Shown here: piece by piece, positions 8,219 through 18,035 of the stretch
How the letters are laid out: every line of letters begins with the position of its first letter
Numbering within the stretch: position 1 is the first letter of the stretch
Origin: Brooklawnia sp.
GTDB taxonomy: Bacteria; Actinomycetota; Actinomycetes; Propionibacteriales; Propionibacteriaceae
Reading direction: 5' to 3'
Length of the DNA stretch: 24,000 nt
Assembly: GCA_036821905.1 (NCBI GenBank)
Contig: DAISIR010000021.1
Location: 16,593-40,592, forward strand
Translations under genes and position numbers: made by a program
Notes under the pieces: generated by a model
Told to the model about the DNA's origin: nothing
Databases searched by the model: none
What the model saw: the letters and a program-made list of their open reading frames with translations, nothing else

Positions 8219-8478
8219 CTGCGGCCGCGAGGTGGTCGTCACGGGGCCAACCCTGTCAGGCGGCGATCCGGGGCGCAATCCCTTGACCCTGGGGTGGACA
8301 CCATCCGGGCGTCGATTCACGCGCAGCGGTTCGGGGCCCCCGGCGTGTCGCGGCCCTTTTGGTCGAACCAGTGCACGTCTTTCGACGGCGAGACCGGGTC
8401 AGGTGCGCAGTTACCGGGCGCCAGTGCAAAGATGGAGCCTGCGCGTTCAACGAAGCCCTGCGCACCCTAGGAGGCATT

Positions 8479-9972
8479 GTGCTGGAGTCTGACACCGTCG
8501 CACTGAACCCGAACCAACTGGTCCGGGCACTCGACAAACCGGCTGACGACTTCACCAAGTCCGACATCATCGCCTACATCGAGGCCAACAACATCCAGAT
8601 GCTGAACTTGCGCTATTTGGGTGGCGACGGGCGGCTGAAGATGCTGAACTTCGTGATTCAGTCCCGGGCCCAGCTTGACCGGGTGCTGACGATGGGGGAG
8701 CGCGTCGACGGTTCCAGCCTGTTCAGCTTCGTCGAAGCCACTTCGTCCGACCTTTACGTGGTGCCGAGGTTCCGTTCGGCGTTCGTCAACCCGTTCTCTG
8801 ACACCCCGTCGCTAGACCTGCTGTGTTCGTTCTACGACGTGGAAGGCAACCCGTTGGCCAGTGCCCCGGAGCACATCTTGCGCAAAGCGCAGCAGTCGTT
8901 GGGCCGGGCGACCGGCGCGACGATGGAGGCGCTCGGCGAGTTGGAGTACTACCTGTTCAGCCCGGCCGAGGAGCTCTATCCGGTGGTGGAGCAGCGCGGC
9001 TACCATGAGGCGCCGCCGTTCTCCAAGTGGGGCGAGGTCAGGCAGGAGACCCTCTATCACCTGGCCCAGATGGGCTGTTCGCTGAAGTACGCCCACGCCG
9101 AGGTGGGCAACTTCATCATCAACGGCCAGCAGCACGTGCAGCACGAGATCGAGTTCTGGCCGGTCCCGGTCGGCGACGCCGCCGACCAGATGGCGTTGGC
9201 CAAGTGGGTGGTGCGGCAGGTGGCCTACCGCCACGGCATGGAGGTCAGCTTCTCGCCCAAGATCGTGGTCGGGCAGGCCGGATCCGGCATGCACTTCCAC
9301 ACCCGTCTGATGGCCGACGGGGTCAACCTGTTCAGCCAGGGACGGGGGCTGACCACCGACGCCCTGAAGGTGATCGGTGGCTACCTGTCGCATGCCGCCT
9401 CCCTGACCGCGTTCGGCAACACGGTGCCGACCTCGTTCCTGAGGCTGGTGCCGCACCAGGAGGCGCCCACCGCGATCTGTTGGGGCGACCGGAACAGGTC
9501 GGCGCTGGTGCGCGTCCCACTCGGTTGGCAGAACCTGGACGACCGGATGTTCCGCGACGCCAACCCCAAGGAGCCGCCGGTCGGTGAGTTGCCCAACGAC
9601 GCCCAGACCATCGAACTGCGCAGCCCCGACGGCTCGGCCAACATCCACCTGCTGTTGGCCGGTATCACCGTGGCGGCGCGTGAGGGGCTGACCACTGCCG
9701 GCATGCAGGAGTTCGCCGAGCAGCGCTACGTGCCGGGCGACGCGTCCAAGGTCCCCGGTCTGGACCAGTTGCCCACCTCATGCTTCGAGTCGGCCGAGCG
9801 GCTGCTCGACCAGCGCGCAAGTTACGAAGCCGACGACGTCTTCCCGCCGGGGCTGATCGATTCCTGGGCGGCCAGGCTGCAGGGTCACGGCGACCATGAC
9901 CTGCGCACCCAACTGCTGGAGCAGAAGGGCCTGTTGGACGAGATGGTGCGCCGCTACTTCCACATCGGCTGA
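8479..9972 (+). CDS. glutamine synthetase (glutamate-ammonia ligase) family protein, divergent
   Basis: GS-fold motifs: beta-grasp MLNLRYLGGDGRLKMLNF, VDGSSLF, GELEYYLF, YAHAEVG...QHEIEF, AGSGMHFH, HQEAP, DRNRSALVRVP. The ATP-site motif NSYKRL is replaced by TSFLRL. AGGAGG (8469-8474) precedes GTG 8479, so the track start 8359 is rejected. Confidence 0.85.
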   Translation: MLESDTVALNPNQLVRALDKPADDFTKSDIIAYIEANNIQMLNLRYLGGDGRLKMLNFVIQSRAQLDRVLTMGERVDGSSLFSFVEATSSDLYVVPRFRSAFVNPFSDTPSLDLLCSFYDVEGNPLASAPEHILRKAQQSLGRATGATMEALGELEYYLFSPAEELYPVVEQRGYHEAPPFSKWGEVRQETLYHLAQMGCSLKYAHAEVGNFIINGQQHVQHEIEFWPVPVGDAADQMALAKWVVRQVAYRHGMEVSFSPKIVVGQAGSGMHFHTRLMADGVNLFSQGRGLTTDALKVIGGYLSHAASLTAFGNTVPTSFLRLVPHQEAPTAICWGDRNRSALVRVPLGWQNLDDRMFRDANPKEPPVGELPNDAQTIELRSPDGSANIHLLLAGITVAAREGLTTAGMQEFAEQRYVPGDASKVPGLDQLPTSCFESAERLLDQRASYEADDVFPPGLIDSWAARLQGHGDHDLRTQLLEQKGLLDEMVRRYFHIG

Positions 9973-9981
9973 CGGGGGCCG

Positions 9982-9999
9982 CCGCCTGCTCGCAGGCGG
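9982..9999 (+). terminator. short GC hairpin after the GS-family gene (possible terminator/processing site)
   Basis: CCGCCTG-ctcg-CAGGCGG, a 7-bp stem with 4-nt loop, 10 nt after the stop. There is no U-tract. Confidence 0.3.
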
Positions 10000-10083
10000 G
10001 GAGCGCTTCGAGGTAGCATCTTGGCAGCACTGATCGGTGCTCACCTTGGTATCGGTTCGGCCCAGATTCAGCGAGGAGTCCCC

Positions 10084-11031
10084 ATGGCAGCGCCCCATAT
10101 TCTTCAGGTTGGCCCGTACCCCGCGTGGGATCAGGAGCCGCTGGAGGCGGCCTTCACCGTGCACCGGTACTTCGAGGCAGCTGACAAGGGGGCGTTCTTG
10201 GCCGAGGTCGGGCCGCAGATACGCGGGATCGCCACCCGGGGCGAGCTTGGTGCCGACGCCGCCATGATCGCGGCCTGCCCGAACCTGGAGATCGTCTCGG
10301 TCTACGGCGTGGGCTATGACGCGGTCGACCTGGACGCCTGCCGGGCCCGAGGGATCCGCGTCACCAACACCCCAGACGTGTTGACCGGCGATGTGGCCGA
10401 CTTGGGGGTGGCGATGATGCTCGCGCAGTCGCGTGGCATGGTCGGCGCAGAGGCGTGGGCGCGCAGCGGGTCTTGGGCGAACCAGGGCCTGTACCAACTG
10501 CAGCGCCGGGTTTGGGGCAAGCGGGCGGGGGTGCTCGGGCTCGGCCGGATCGGTTTCGAGGTCGCCAAGCGCCTGGTGGGATTCGACCTGGACATCGCCT
10601 ACAGCGATGTCGCGGCCAAACCCTATGCCAGCCAGTGGGAGTTCATCGCCGACCCGGTGGCACTCGCCGAGCGGTCCGACTTCCTCTTTGTGACTTTGGC
10701 GGCGTCGGCGGCGACCAGGCATATCGTCGGGCGCGAGGTCATCGAGGCGCTCGGGCCCGAGGGCATGCTGATCAACGTCAGCCGGGCGGCGAACGTGGAC
10801 GAGGAGGCTCTGCTGGCGGCCTTGGAGACCGGCAAGCTCGGGTCTGCTGCTTTGGACGTCTTCGAGGGGGAGCCTGCCTTCAATCCACGCTTCCTGGCCC
10901 TGCCGAACGTGCTGTTGCAGCCGCACCACGCCAGCGGCACGATCGAGACGCGCAAGGCGATGGGCCAACTGGTCCGAGACAATCTGACGGCGCACTTCGC
11001 CGGCCAGGAGTTGCCGACTCCGGTCATCTGA
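10084..11031 (+). CDS. D-isomer-specific 2-hydroxyacid dehydrogenase (glyoxylate/hydroxypyruvate reductase-like)
   Basis: NAD-binding GVLGLGRIGFEVAKRL. Catalytic context NVSRAANVDEEAL and QPHHASGT. GAGGAG (10073-10078) lies 5 nt upstream of ATG 10084. Confidence 0.9.
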   Translation: MAAPHILQVGPYPAWDQEPLEAAFTVHRYFEAADKGAFLAEVGPQIRGIATRGELGADAAMIAACPNLEIVSVYGVGYDAVDLDACRARGIRVTNTPDVLTGDVADLGVAMMLAQSRGMVGAEAWARSGSWANQGLYQLQRRVWGKRAGVLGLGRIGFEVAKRLVGFDLDIAYSDVAAKPYASQWEFIADPVALAERSDFLFVTLAASAATRHIVGREVIEALGPEGMLINVSRAANVDEEALLAALETGKLGSAALDVFEGEPAFNPRFLALPNVLLQPHHASGTIETRKAMGQLVRDNLTAHFAGQELPTPVI

Positions 11032-11194
11032 GGCTGGCGGCGAGGTTTTCACCCGCTGCGACGTGCGTCCGGCAGCCACTTCCCGGCACCGGGTTCTTGG
11101 GCAGCCAGGCCCAGCGTTTTCGTTCCTTCGACGCGCCCGCCGTGACCGGCTGAGGTCATCATCCAACCCCGGAATAACCCCGAGCCGGTCATGG

Positions 11195-11213
11195 TTGAGT
11201 GAGGTGGACTCAA
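11195..11213 (+). promoter_or_regulatory. HAIR operator (HspR-associated inverted repeat) no. 1 upstream of dnaK
   Basis: TTGAGT-gaggtgg-ACTCAA, with perfect 6-bp arms and a 7-nt spacer. Matches consensus CTTGAGT-N7-ACTCAAG. Confidence 0.85.
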
Positions 11214-11222
11214 CTTTGGGCC

Positions 11223-13188
<1,966 letters not shown>

Positions 13189-13193
13189 TATCG

Positions 13194-13769
13194 ATGACCG
13201 AACCGGTGGAACAGGCGGTTGAGCAGGATGCCGTCGAGGTACCTGAAGAGACCGACCTGACCCCGACCCAGGGCGAGGAGACCCCGGCTGCGGCCGGGGC
13301 TCCCGCCCTGGCGGCCCAAGTGGTCGAACTCGAGGCGCAGGTGGCTGGACTCGAGGCCTTGGCGGCCGAACGGACCGAAGACCTGCAGCGGGTCCAAGCT
13401 GAATACGTCAACTACAAGAGGCGGGTCGACCGCGACCGGGCACTGGCCCGGCAGGGTGGTGTAGAGGCCGTCCTGCGCGACCTCATGCCGGTCTTCGACG
13501 CGATCGTCGCGGCCGAGAGCCATGAGGAACTCACCGGGGGATTCCGGCTGACCGCCGATGAGTTGAGCAAGGTCACCAAGTCGTTTGGCTTCGAGTCGTT
13601 CGGCGAGGTCGGCGAGGAGTTCGACCCACGACTGCACGAGGCGCTGATGCAGGTGCCAGATCCGGACGCCGACACCATGCGCATCTACGAGGTGATGCAG
13701 GTGGGTTTCCGGGTGAACGAACAGGTGCTGCGTCCGGCTCGTGTCGTGGTAGCAGTGCCGCAAGAGTAA
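13194..13769 (+). CDS. grpE: nucleotide exchange factor GrpE
   Basis: Sits between dnaK and dnaJ. GrpE signature [19 protein letters not shown], and a C-terminal beta domain with [11 protein letters not shown] 13194 is preferred over TTG 13185. Confidence 0.93.
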   Translation: MTEPVEQAVEQDAVEVPEETDLTPTQGEETPAAAGAPALAAQVVELEAQVAGLEALAAERTEDLQRVQAEYVNYKRRVDRDRALARQGGVEAVLRDLMPVFDAIVAAESHEELTGGFRLTADELSKVTKSFGFESFGEVGEEFDPRLHEALMQVPDPDADTMRIYEVMQVGFRVNEQVLRPARVVVAVPQE

Positions 13770-13794
13770 TCACAGGTGGGAAGGAGGTTGGGCG

Positions 13795-14949
13795 ATGAGC
13801 ACCAGGGATTGGGTTGAGAAGGACTATTACAAGACCCTGGGTGTGCCGAAGGACGCGAAGCCGGACCAGATCAAGAAGGCGTTCCGGAAGATCGCTCGCG
13901 AGAACCACCCTGACCAGCACCCGGGCGATAAGTCAGCCGAGCAGCGTTTCAAGGAGGCCTCCGAGGCCCACGACGTGCTGAGCGATCCGGACAAACGGCG
14001 TGAGTACGACGAGCAACGCAGTTTGTTCGGATCCGGCTTCCGGTTCCCCCGCGGCGGGGGAGCCCCCGGTGGCGGCGCCTCTGGGGAAGACGTCTTCCGC
14101 ACCATGGGGGACGCTGGGCTCGGCGACCTGCTCGGCAACCTCTTCGGGCAGGCCGGCGCGGCCGGCGTCCGTCGCACCACTCGCGGGCCGCGCCGCGGCT
14201 CCGACGTCGAGGGGGAGGTGACGATCGGTTTCAACCAGGCCGTCGAAGGCACCACGGTGGGCGTCCAGATGGCCAGCGACGACGCCTGCCCGGCCTGCCG
14301 CGGTACCGGCGCCAAGGCCGGGACGATGCCACGGGTCTGCCCGACCTGCCAAGGATCCGGCATGCAGCAGTCCACCTCCGGAGGCGTCTTCCAGGTCACC
14401 GAGCCCTGCCGCGAATGCCGCGGGCGGGGCCTGATCGTCGACAACCCGTGCGAGGTCTGCCATGGCAGTGGTCGCACCCAGAGCCGGCACACCATGCAGG
14501 TACGGATCCCCGCCGGGGTCACCGACGGCCAGAAGATCCGGATCAAGGGCAAGGGCAGCGCGGGCGAGAACGGCGGCTCGGCGGGTGACCTCTACGTCAT
14601 CGTGCATGTGCGTCCACACCCGGTCTTCGGGCGCCAGGGCGACAACCTGACGGTCACCGTGCCGGTCACCTTCGCCGAGGCAGCGCTCGGCGCCGAGGTC
14701 GAGGTTCCCATCTTGGGTGGTGGCAGTGTCAAGCTGCGCATCCCGGCCGGGACACCGAACGGCCGTACCTTCCGGATCCGCGGTCGCGGAGTGACGAAGT
14801 CGACGGGCGAGAAGGGCGACCTGCTGGCCGCGGTGGACGTCCAGGTGCCGGGGCACCTGCCAGACGAGGCGCGCTCGGCTCTGCAGGCATATGCGGAGGC
14901 TGCTCGCGAGCCGAACCCACGCAATGATTTGTTGGCGAGCAACCGATGA
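13795..14949 (+). CDS. dnaJ: molecular chaperone DnaJ (Hsp40)
   Basis: J domain with HPD (YYKTLGV...ENHPDQ), a G/F-rich linker and four CxxCxGxG zinc-finger repeats. GGAAGGAGG Shine-Dalgarno is present. Confidence 0.97.
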   Translation: MSTRDWVEKDYYKTLGVPKDAKPDQIKKAFRKIARENHPDQHPGDKSAEQRFKEASEAHDVLSDPDKRREYDEQRSLFGSGFRFPRGGGAPGGGASGEDVFRTMGDAGLGDLLGNLFGQAGAAGVRRTTRGPRRGSDVEGEVTIGFNQAVEGTTVGVQMASDDACPACRGTGAKAGTMPRVCPTCQGSGMQQSTSGGVFQVTEPCRECRGRGLIVDNPCEVCHGSGRTQSRHTMQVRIPAGVTDGQKIRIKGKGSAGENGGSAGDLYVIVHVRPHPVFGRQGDNLTVTVPVTFAEAALGAEVEVPILGGGSVKLRIPAGTPNGRTFRIRGRGVTKSTGEKGDLLAAVDVQVPGHLPDEARSALQAYAEAAREPNPRNDLLASNR

Positions 14950-15392
14950 GTTCAGAACGCCTTCCCCAAGTCATGGATCCGGACGCTCCGGTCTTCAGCA
15001 TCTCGGTGGCCGCTGCGCTGGCCGAGATGCACCCCCAGACGCTGCGCACCTACGACCGGCTGGGGCTGGTCGTCCCCAGCCGGGCCAAGGGCGGTGGTCG
15101 TCGCTATTCGCCGCGTGACGTGTACCGGTTGCGGCTCATCCAGCGACTGTCGCAGGAGGAGGGTGTCAACCTGAACGGCATCCGCCGAATCATCGCGCTG
15201 CAGACCGAACTTGAAGACGCCCGCCGTCGCATCGACGAACTGACCGACTTGGTCCGCTCACTGGCTCAACGCGAGCAGGGCGGCACACGGATCTTCAGCG
15301 CCGGGACGACTGGCCATGTCTGGCAGGGACGCAGCCGCCGGCAGCCACTCGCGTTGCCTGCAAGTCGGAGTCCGCGGCCGGATATCGCCTGA
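14946..15392 (+). CDS. hspR: MerR-family heat-shock repressor HspR
   Basis: MerR-type HTH FSISVAAALAEMHPQTLRTYDRLGLVVPSRAKGGGRRYSPRDV. It is the last gene of the dnaK operon. ATGA start/stop overlap with dnaJ (14946-14949). ATG 14973 is an alternative start. Confidence 0.92.
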   Translation: MSSERLPQVMDPDAPVFSISVAAALAEMHPQTLRTYDRLGLVVPSRAKGGGRRYSPRDVYRLRLIQRLSQEEGVNLNGIRRIIALQTELEDARRRIDELTDLVRSLAQREQGGTRIFSAGTTGHVWQGRSRRQPLALPASRSPRPDIA

Positions 15393-15393
15393 G

Positions 15394-16104
15394 TCAAACC
15401 AGCTTCGGGGCATTCCACACCCCCGGCTCGTCGAGTTCGTACATCACCGCGTGGACGCCGCCGTGGTCCGCGCGAGCGCCCACCGAAACCGCTGCCACCA
15501 GCAGCGACAGTGTCGAGTGGCCCTCCGGCCGGTTGTCGCGGATGAGGGCCCGCGGATCGGTCGGGTCGAGTCGGGCCGACTTGGCGAGCACCTCCAGCCA
15601 TGCCGTCCACCACGGGTCGGTGTCGGTGCCGGTGGCGGCGAACTCCGGCAGCCACGCCGCTATCCGGGGGTAGCCGGGGTCGTCGAGGTCGGCGTGGGAG
15701 ACCATGTGGGTGCCGGGCGTCAGCCGCTGGCGTGCGGGGTGACCGCCCTGCCACGACGTCAACCTCGCGCCTGCCGCATCAGCCTCCACCAGGTGGAATC
15801 CGAGCGTGGTGAGCGGTTCGGGCAGCGGCTGACCGGCCAGGGCGTCCAGTACGAGGTGGCCGCGCGATGTCGGGACGCTGACATCGGCGCCCCCGGCCAG
15901 GTTCACCAGCACCGCCAGTTTTCGGTCGTCCGCGGCCAGCCATGCCCCGCCGGCCAGTTCGTCCTGGATGCCGCGAACCTGCGGGGATTCGGGCCACCAC
16001 GCGCCCAGCGGACGCCACGGGCGTCCCGGGTCTTCGTCCCGGACGGCGAGCACCCGGACCGGTCCTTGACCGGGCTCCGGCACTCGGATCACCACCGTGC
16101 ACAT
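15394..16104 (-). CDS. NRDE/TANGO2-family protein (PF05742-like), function unknown
   Basis: Preferred start gives the family-typical Met-Cys N-terminus (MCTVVIRV...), followed by AVRDED (NRDE motif with N to V). The track start 16191 would overlap coaBC. The stop lies 1 nt from the hspR stop, in convergent orientation. Confidence 0.75.
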   Translation of the reverse strand: MCTVVIRVPEPGQGPVRVLAVRDEDPGRPWRPLGAWWPESPQVRGIQDELAGGAWLAADDRKLAVLVNLAGGADVSVPTSRGHLVLDALAGQPLPEPLTTLGFHLVEADAAGARLTSWQGGHPARQRLTPGTHMVSHADLDDPGYPRIAAWLPEFAATGTDTDPWWTAWLEVLAKSARLDPTDPRALIRDNRPEGHSTLSLLVAAVSVGARADHGGVHAVMYELDEPGVWNAPKLV

Positions 16105-16151
16105 GTTCTGCAACGCTACCCGGCCCGCTTCGTGATGAGAGAATCGCCGGC

Positions 16152-17357
16152 ATGGAGATCGTTGTTGGGGTGACCGGCGGTATCGCTGCATACAAGGCGG
16201 TGTCTGTGGTCCGGCTGTTGATCGGCGACGGCCACAATGTGCACGTGGTGCCGACGCAGGACGCGTTGCGTTTCGTCGGTCTGCCGACTTGGGAGGCGAT
16301 TTCCCGGAACCGGGTCACCGCCTCGGTGCATGAGGACGTGCCGCAGGTTCGCCATGTGGCGCTTGGGCAGGCGGCGGAGTTGATCATCGTGGCGCCGGCC
16401 ACTGCGAACACGTTGGCGTCCATGGCCGCCGGGCTGGCGGACGACCTGCTCGGCACCACGTTGCTGGCGAGCAGCGCTCCAGTGCTGGTGGCCCCCGCGA
16501 TGCACACCCAGATGTGGTTGCATCCGGCGACCCGGGCCAATATGGCGACCCTGCGCGCCCGCGGCGTCCATGTCGTCGGGCCCGACGACGGGCCGCTGAC
16601 CGGCGGCGACTCCGGCCCGGGAAGAATGAGCGAGCCCGAGGCGATCCATGCCGCCGCCACTGCGTTGCTGCAGCGCCGCCACGACTTGGCCGGCCTGACC
16701 ATTGCGGTCTCTGCGGGCGGCACCCGTGAACCAATAGACCCGGTTCGCTTCATCGGCAACCGGTCCAGTGGTCGGCAGGGGGTTGCCTTGGCGGTGGCAG
16801 CCGCTGATCGGGGTGCGCGGGTGTTGCTGGCGTCGGCGAATGTCGAGGGCGACGTGCTGGCCGAGGCCCGGCGTCCGGGCATTGAGATCTCGTCGGCCGG
16901 TTCCGCGGCCGAGTTGTCCGGGGCGATCTCCCAACTTGCCGCGCAGGCGGACGTGGTGATCATGGCGGCCGCGGTGGCCGACTACCGGGTGGCCGAGGTC
17001 TCCGAGGGCAAGCTGACCAAGGAATCCGGTGAGGTGCCGACCATCACTTTGACCGAGAACCCCGACATCGTGGCGGGGCTGGCGTCCCGGCGCCGCCCGG
17101 GCCAAACCATCGTCGGCTTTGCGGCTGAGACCGCCCGGGGCGAGGAGTTGCTGGAGCGCGGTCGCCGCAAGCGCCGCCGCAAGGGCCTCGACCTGTTGGC
17201 GGTCAACGAGGTGGGCTGGACGACCGGCTTCGGTACCCCCGACAACAGGCTGCTGATTCTGGACGCCGCTGACGCCGTGATAGCCGAGGTCGCCGGCTCG
17301 AAGCGTGAGGTGGCCGACGGACTGCTGGACGCCGTCCTGGCCGCGCGCCGAGGCTGA
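16152..17357 (+). CDS. coaBC: bifunctional phosphopantothenoylcysteine decarboxylase / phosphopantothenate-cysteine ligase CoaBC
   Basis: N-terminal flavoprotein motif MEIVVGVTGGIAAYKA, PAMHTQMW, and a C-terminal DFP/CoaB domain (GGTREPIDPVRFIGNRSSG, AAAVADYR). No Shine-Dalgarno; GAGAAT (16139-16144) lies 7 nt upstream of ATG 16152, so the transcript may be leaderless. Confidence 0.93.
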   Translation: MEIVVGVTGGIAAYKAVSVVRLLIGDGHNVHVVPTQDALRFVGLPTWEAISRNRVTASVHEDVPQVRHVALGQAAELIIVAPATANTLASMAAGLADDLLGTTLLASSAPVLVAPAMHTQMWLHPATRANMATLRARGVHVVGPDDGPLTGGDSGPGRMSEPEAIHAAATALLQRRHDLAGLTIAVSAGGTREPIDPVRFIGNRSSGRQGVALAVAAADRGARVLLASANVEGDVLAEARRPGIEISSAGSAAELSGAISQLAAQADVVIMAAAVADYRVAEVSEGKLTKESGEVPTITLTENPDIVAGLASRRRPGQTIVGFAAETARGEELLERGRRKRRRKGLDLLAVNEVGWTTGFGTPDNRLLILDAADAVIAEVAGSKREVADGLLDAVLAARRG

Positions 17358-17417
17358 ACGGTTTCGACTTGGCCCGAGATCAGCCGAGTGGATCACGGGC
17401 TGGCACGGTTTGGCGTG

Positions 17418-17440
17418 CAATATATCGCGGCGATATATTG
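17418..17440 (+). promoter_or_regulatory. AT-rich perfect palindrome overlapping a putative padR-ino1 promoter (candidate PadR operator)
   Basis: CAATATATCGC-g-GCGATATATTG, with 11-bp perfect arms around a single central nt. It lies between TTGGCG (17410-17415) and over TATATT (17434-17439), which are 18 nt apart, and 29 nt upstream of GTG 17469. Confidence 0.6.
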
Positions 17441-17468
17441 GCTGGCGTCCCTGCGGAAAGGTTTGCTC

Positions 17469-18035
17469 GTGCCATTGCGCCCCAAGACCCTGGAGTTGGC
17501 CATCCTCGGCCGGCTCATGCAGGGTCCGTGTCACGGCTATGTGCTGCGCAAGCACTTGGTAGCCGTCGTCGGGGCGCTGCACTCCGTTTCCTACGGCTCG
17601 CTGTACCCCGCGTTGCGCCGGTTGACTGAGCGCGGCCTGATCTGCGACTGCGGCGCTGGTCTTGCCCGGTTCGTGGGTGGGCGTTCGCGACGGGTCTACC
17701 ACATCACCGAACTGGGGCAGGAGCGCCTGATGCAGGAACTGGCCGAAGCTGATTCGGCCTCTTGGGCAGACGATGACTTCGGGGTTCGGTTCAGCCTGCT
17801 CGGTTCCACCGCAGCGACGACGCGAATCGACATCCTGAGGGGTCGTCGGGAGCATTCCGAGACCCGGTTGACGAACCTGCGGGACAGTGTCCAAGCAGAC
17901 TTCGACCGATACACCACAGAACTTGTGCGGCACGCCGGCGAGATGATCGCCCGCGAACTTGAGTGGCTCGACCAACTCATCGCCGCAGAAGAAGCCGCCG
18001 ACCATGGCGCCGCAATAATCAAGGAGAACAAATGA
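17469..18035 (+). CDS. PadR-family transcriptional regulator
   Basis: w[26 protein letters not shown]...[25 protein letters not shown] lies upstream of GTG 17469. The track start 17388 would place the palindrome and promoter inside the CDS. The stop overlaps the ino1 start (ATGA, 18032-18035). Confidence 0.85.
   Translation: MPLRPKTLELAILGRLMQGPCHGYVLRKHLVAVVGALHSVSYGSLYPALRRLTERGLICDCGAGLARFVGGRSRRVYHITELGQERLMQELAEADSASWADDDFGVRFSLLGSTAATTRIDILRGRREHSETRLTNLRDSVQADFDRYTTELVRHAGEMIARELEWLDQLIAAEEAADHGAAIIKENK

Noticed and set aside
8334-8360. GGGCC-N13-GGCCC-TTTT terminator-like hairpin in the divergent intergenic region
   Set aside because: The stem is only 5 bp with a 13-nt loop, and no upstream plus-strand gene needs termination. 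I kept it only as a minor note within the leader finding, not as a feature.
8219-8478. GlnR box (gTnAc-N6-GaAAc type) or glutamine riboswitch upstream of the GS-like gene
   Set aside because: I could not find a convincing match by eye; GTTAC at 8410-8414 lacks the partner half-site at the correct spacing. A PWM or Rfam scan would be needed to exclude it formally.
15942-16151. Upstream extension of coaBC (track start 15942). Analogous extensions are 8359-8478 (GS-like), 17388-17468 (padR), 11251-11331 (dnaK), 22487-22591 (dehydrogenase), 8219-8320 (GPH) and 16105-16191 (NRDE).
   Set aside because: Each extension runs into a neighbouring gene or across promoter/operator/Shine-Dalgarno elements. 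Each adds non-homologous, low-complexity residues ahead of a family-typical N-terminus that has its own start codon.
17958-17980. HAIR-like sequence CTTGAGT-N10-ACTCAT inside the padR coding region
   Set aside because: The spacer is 10 nt rather than 7, the right arm is imperfect, and the site is intragenic. It is most likely a chance match.
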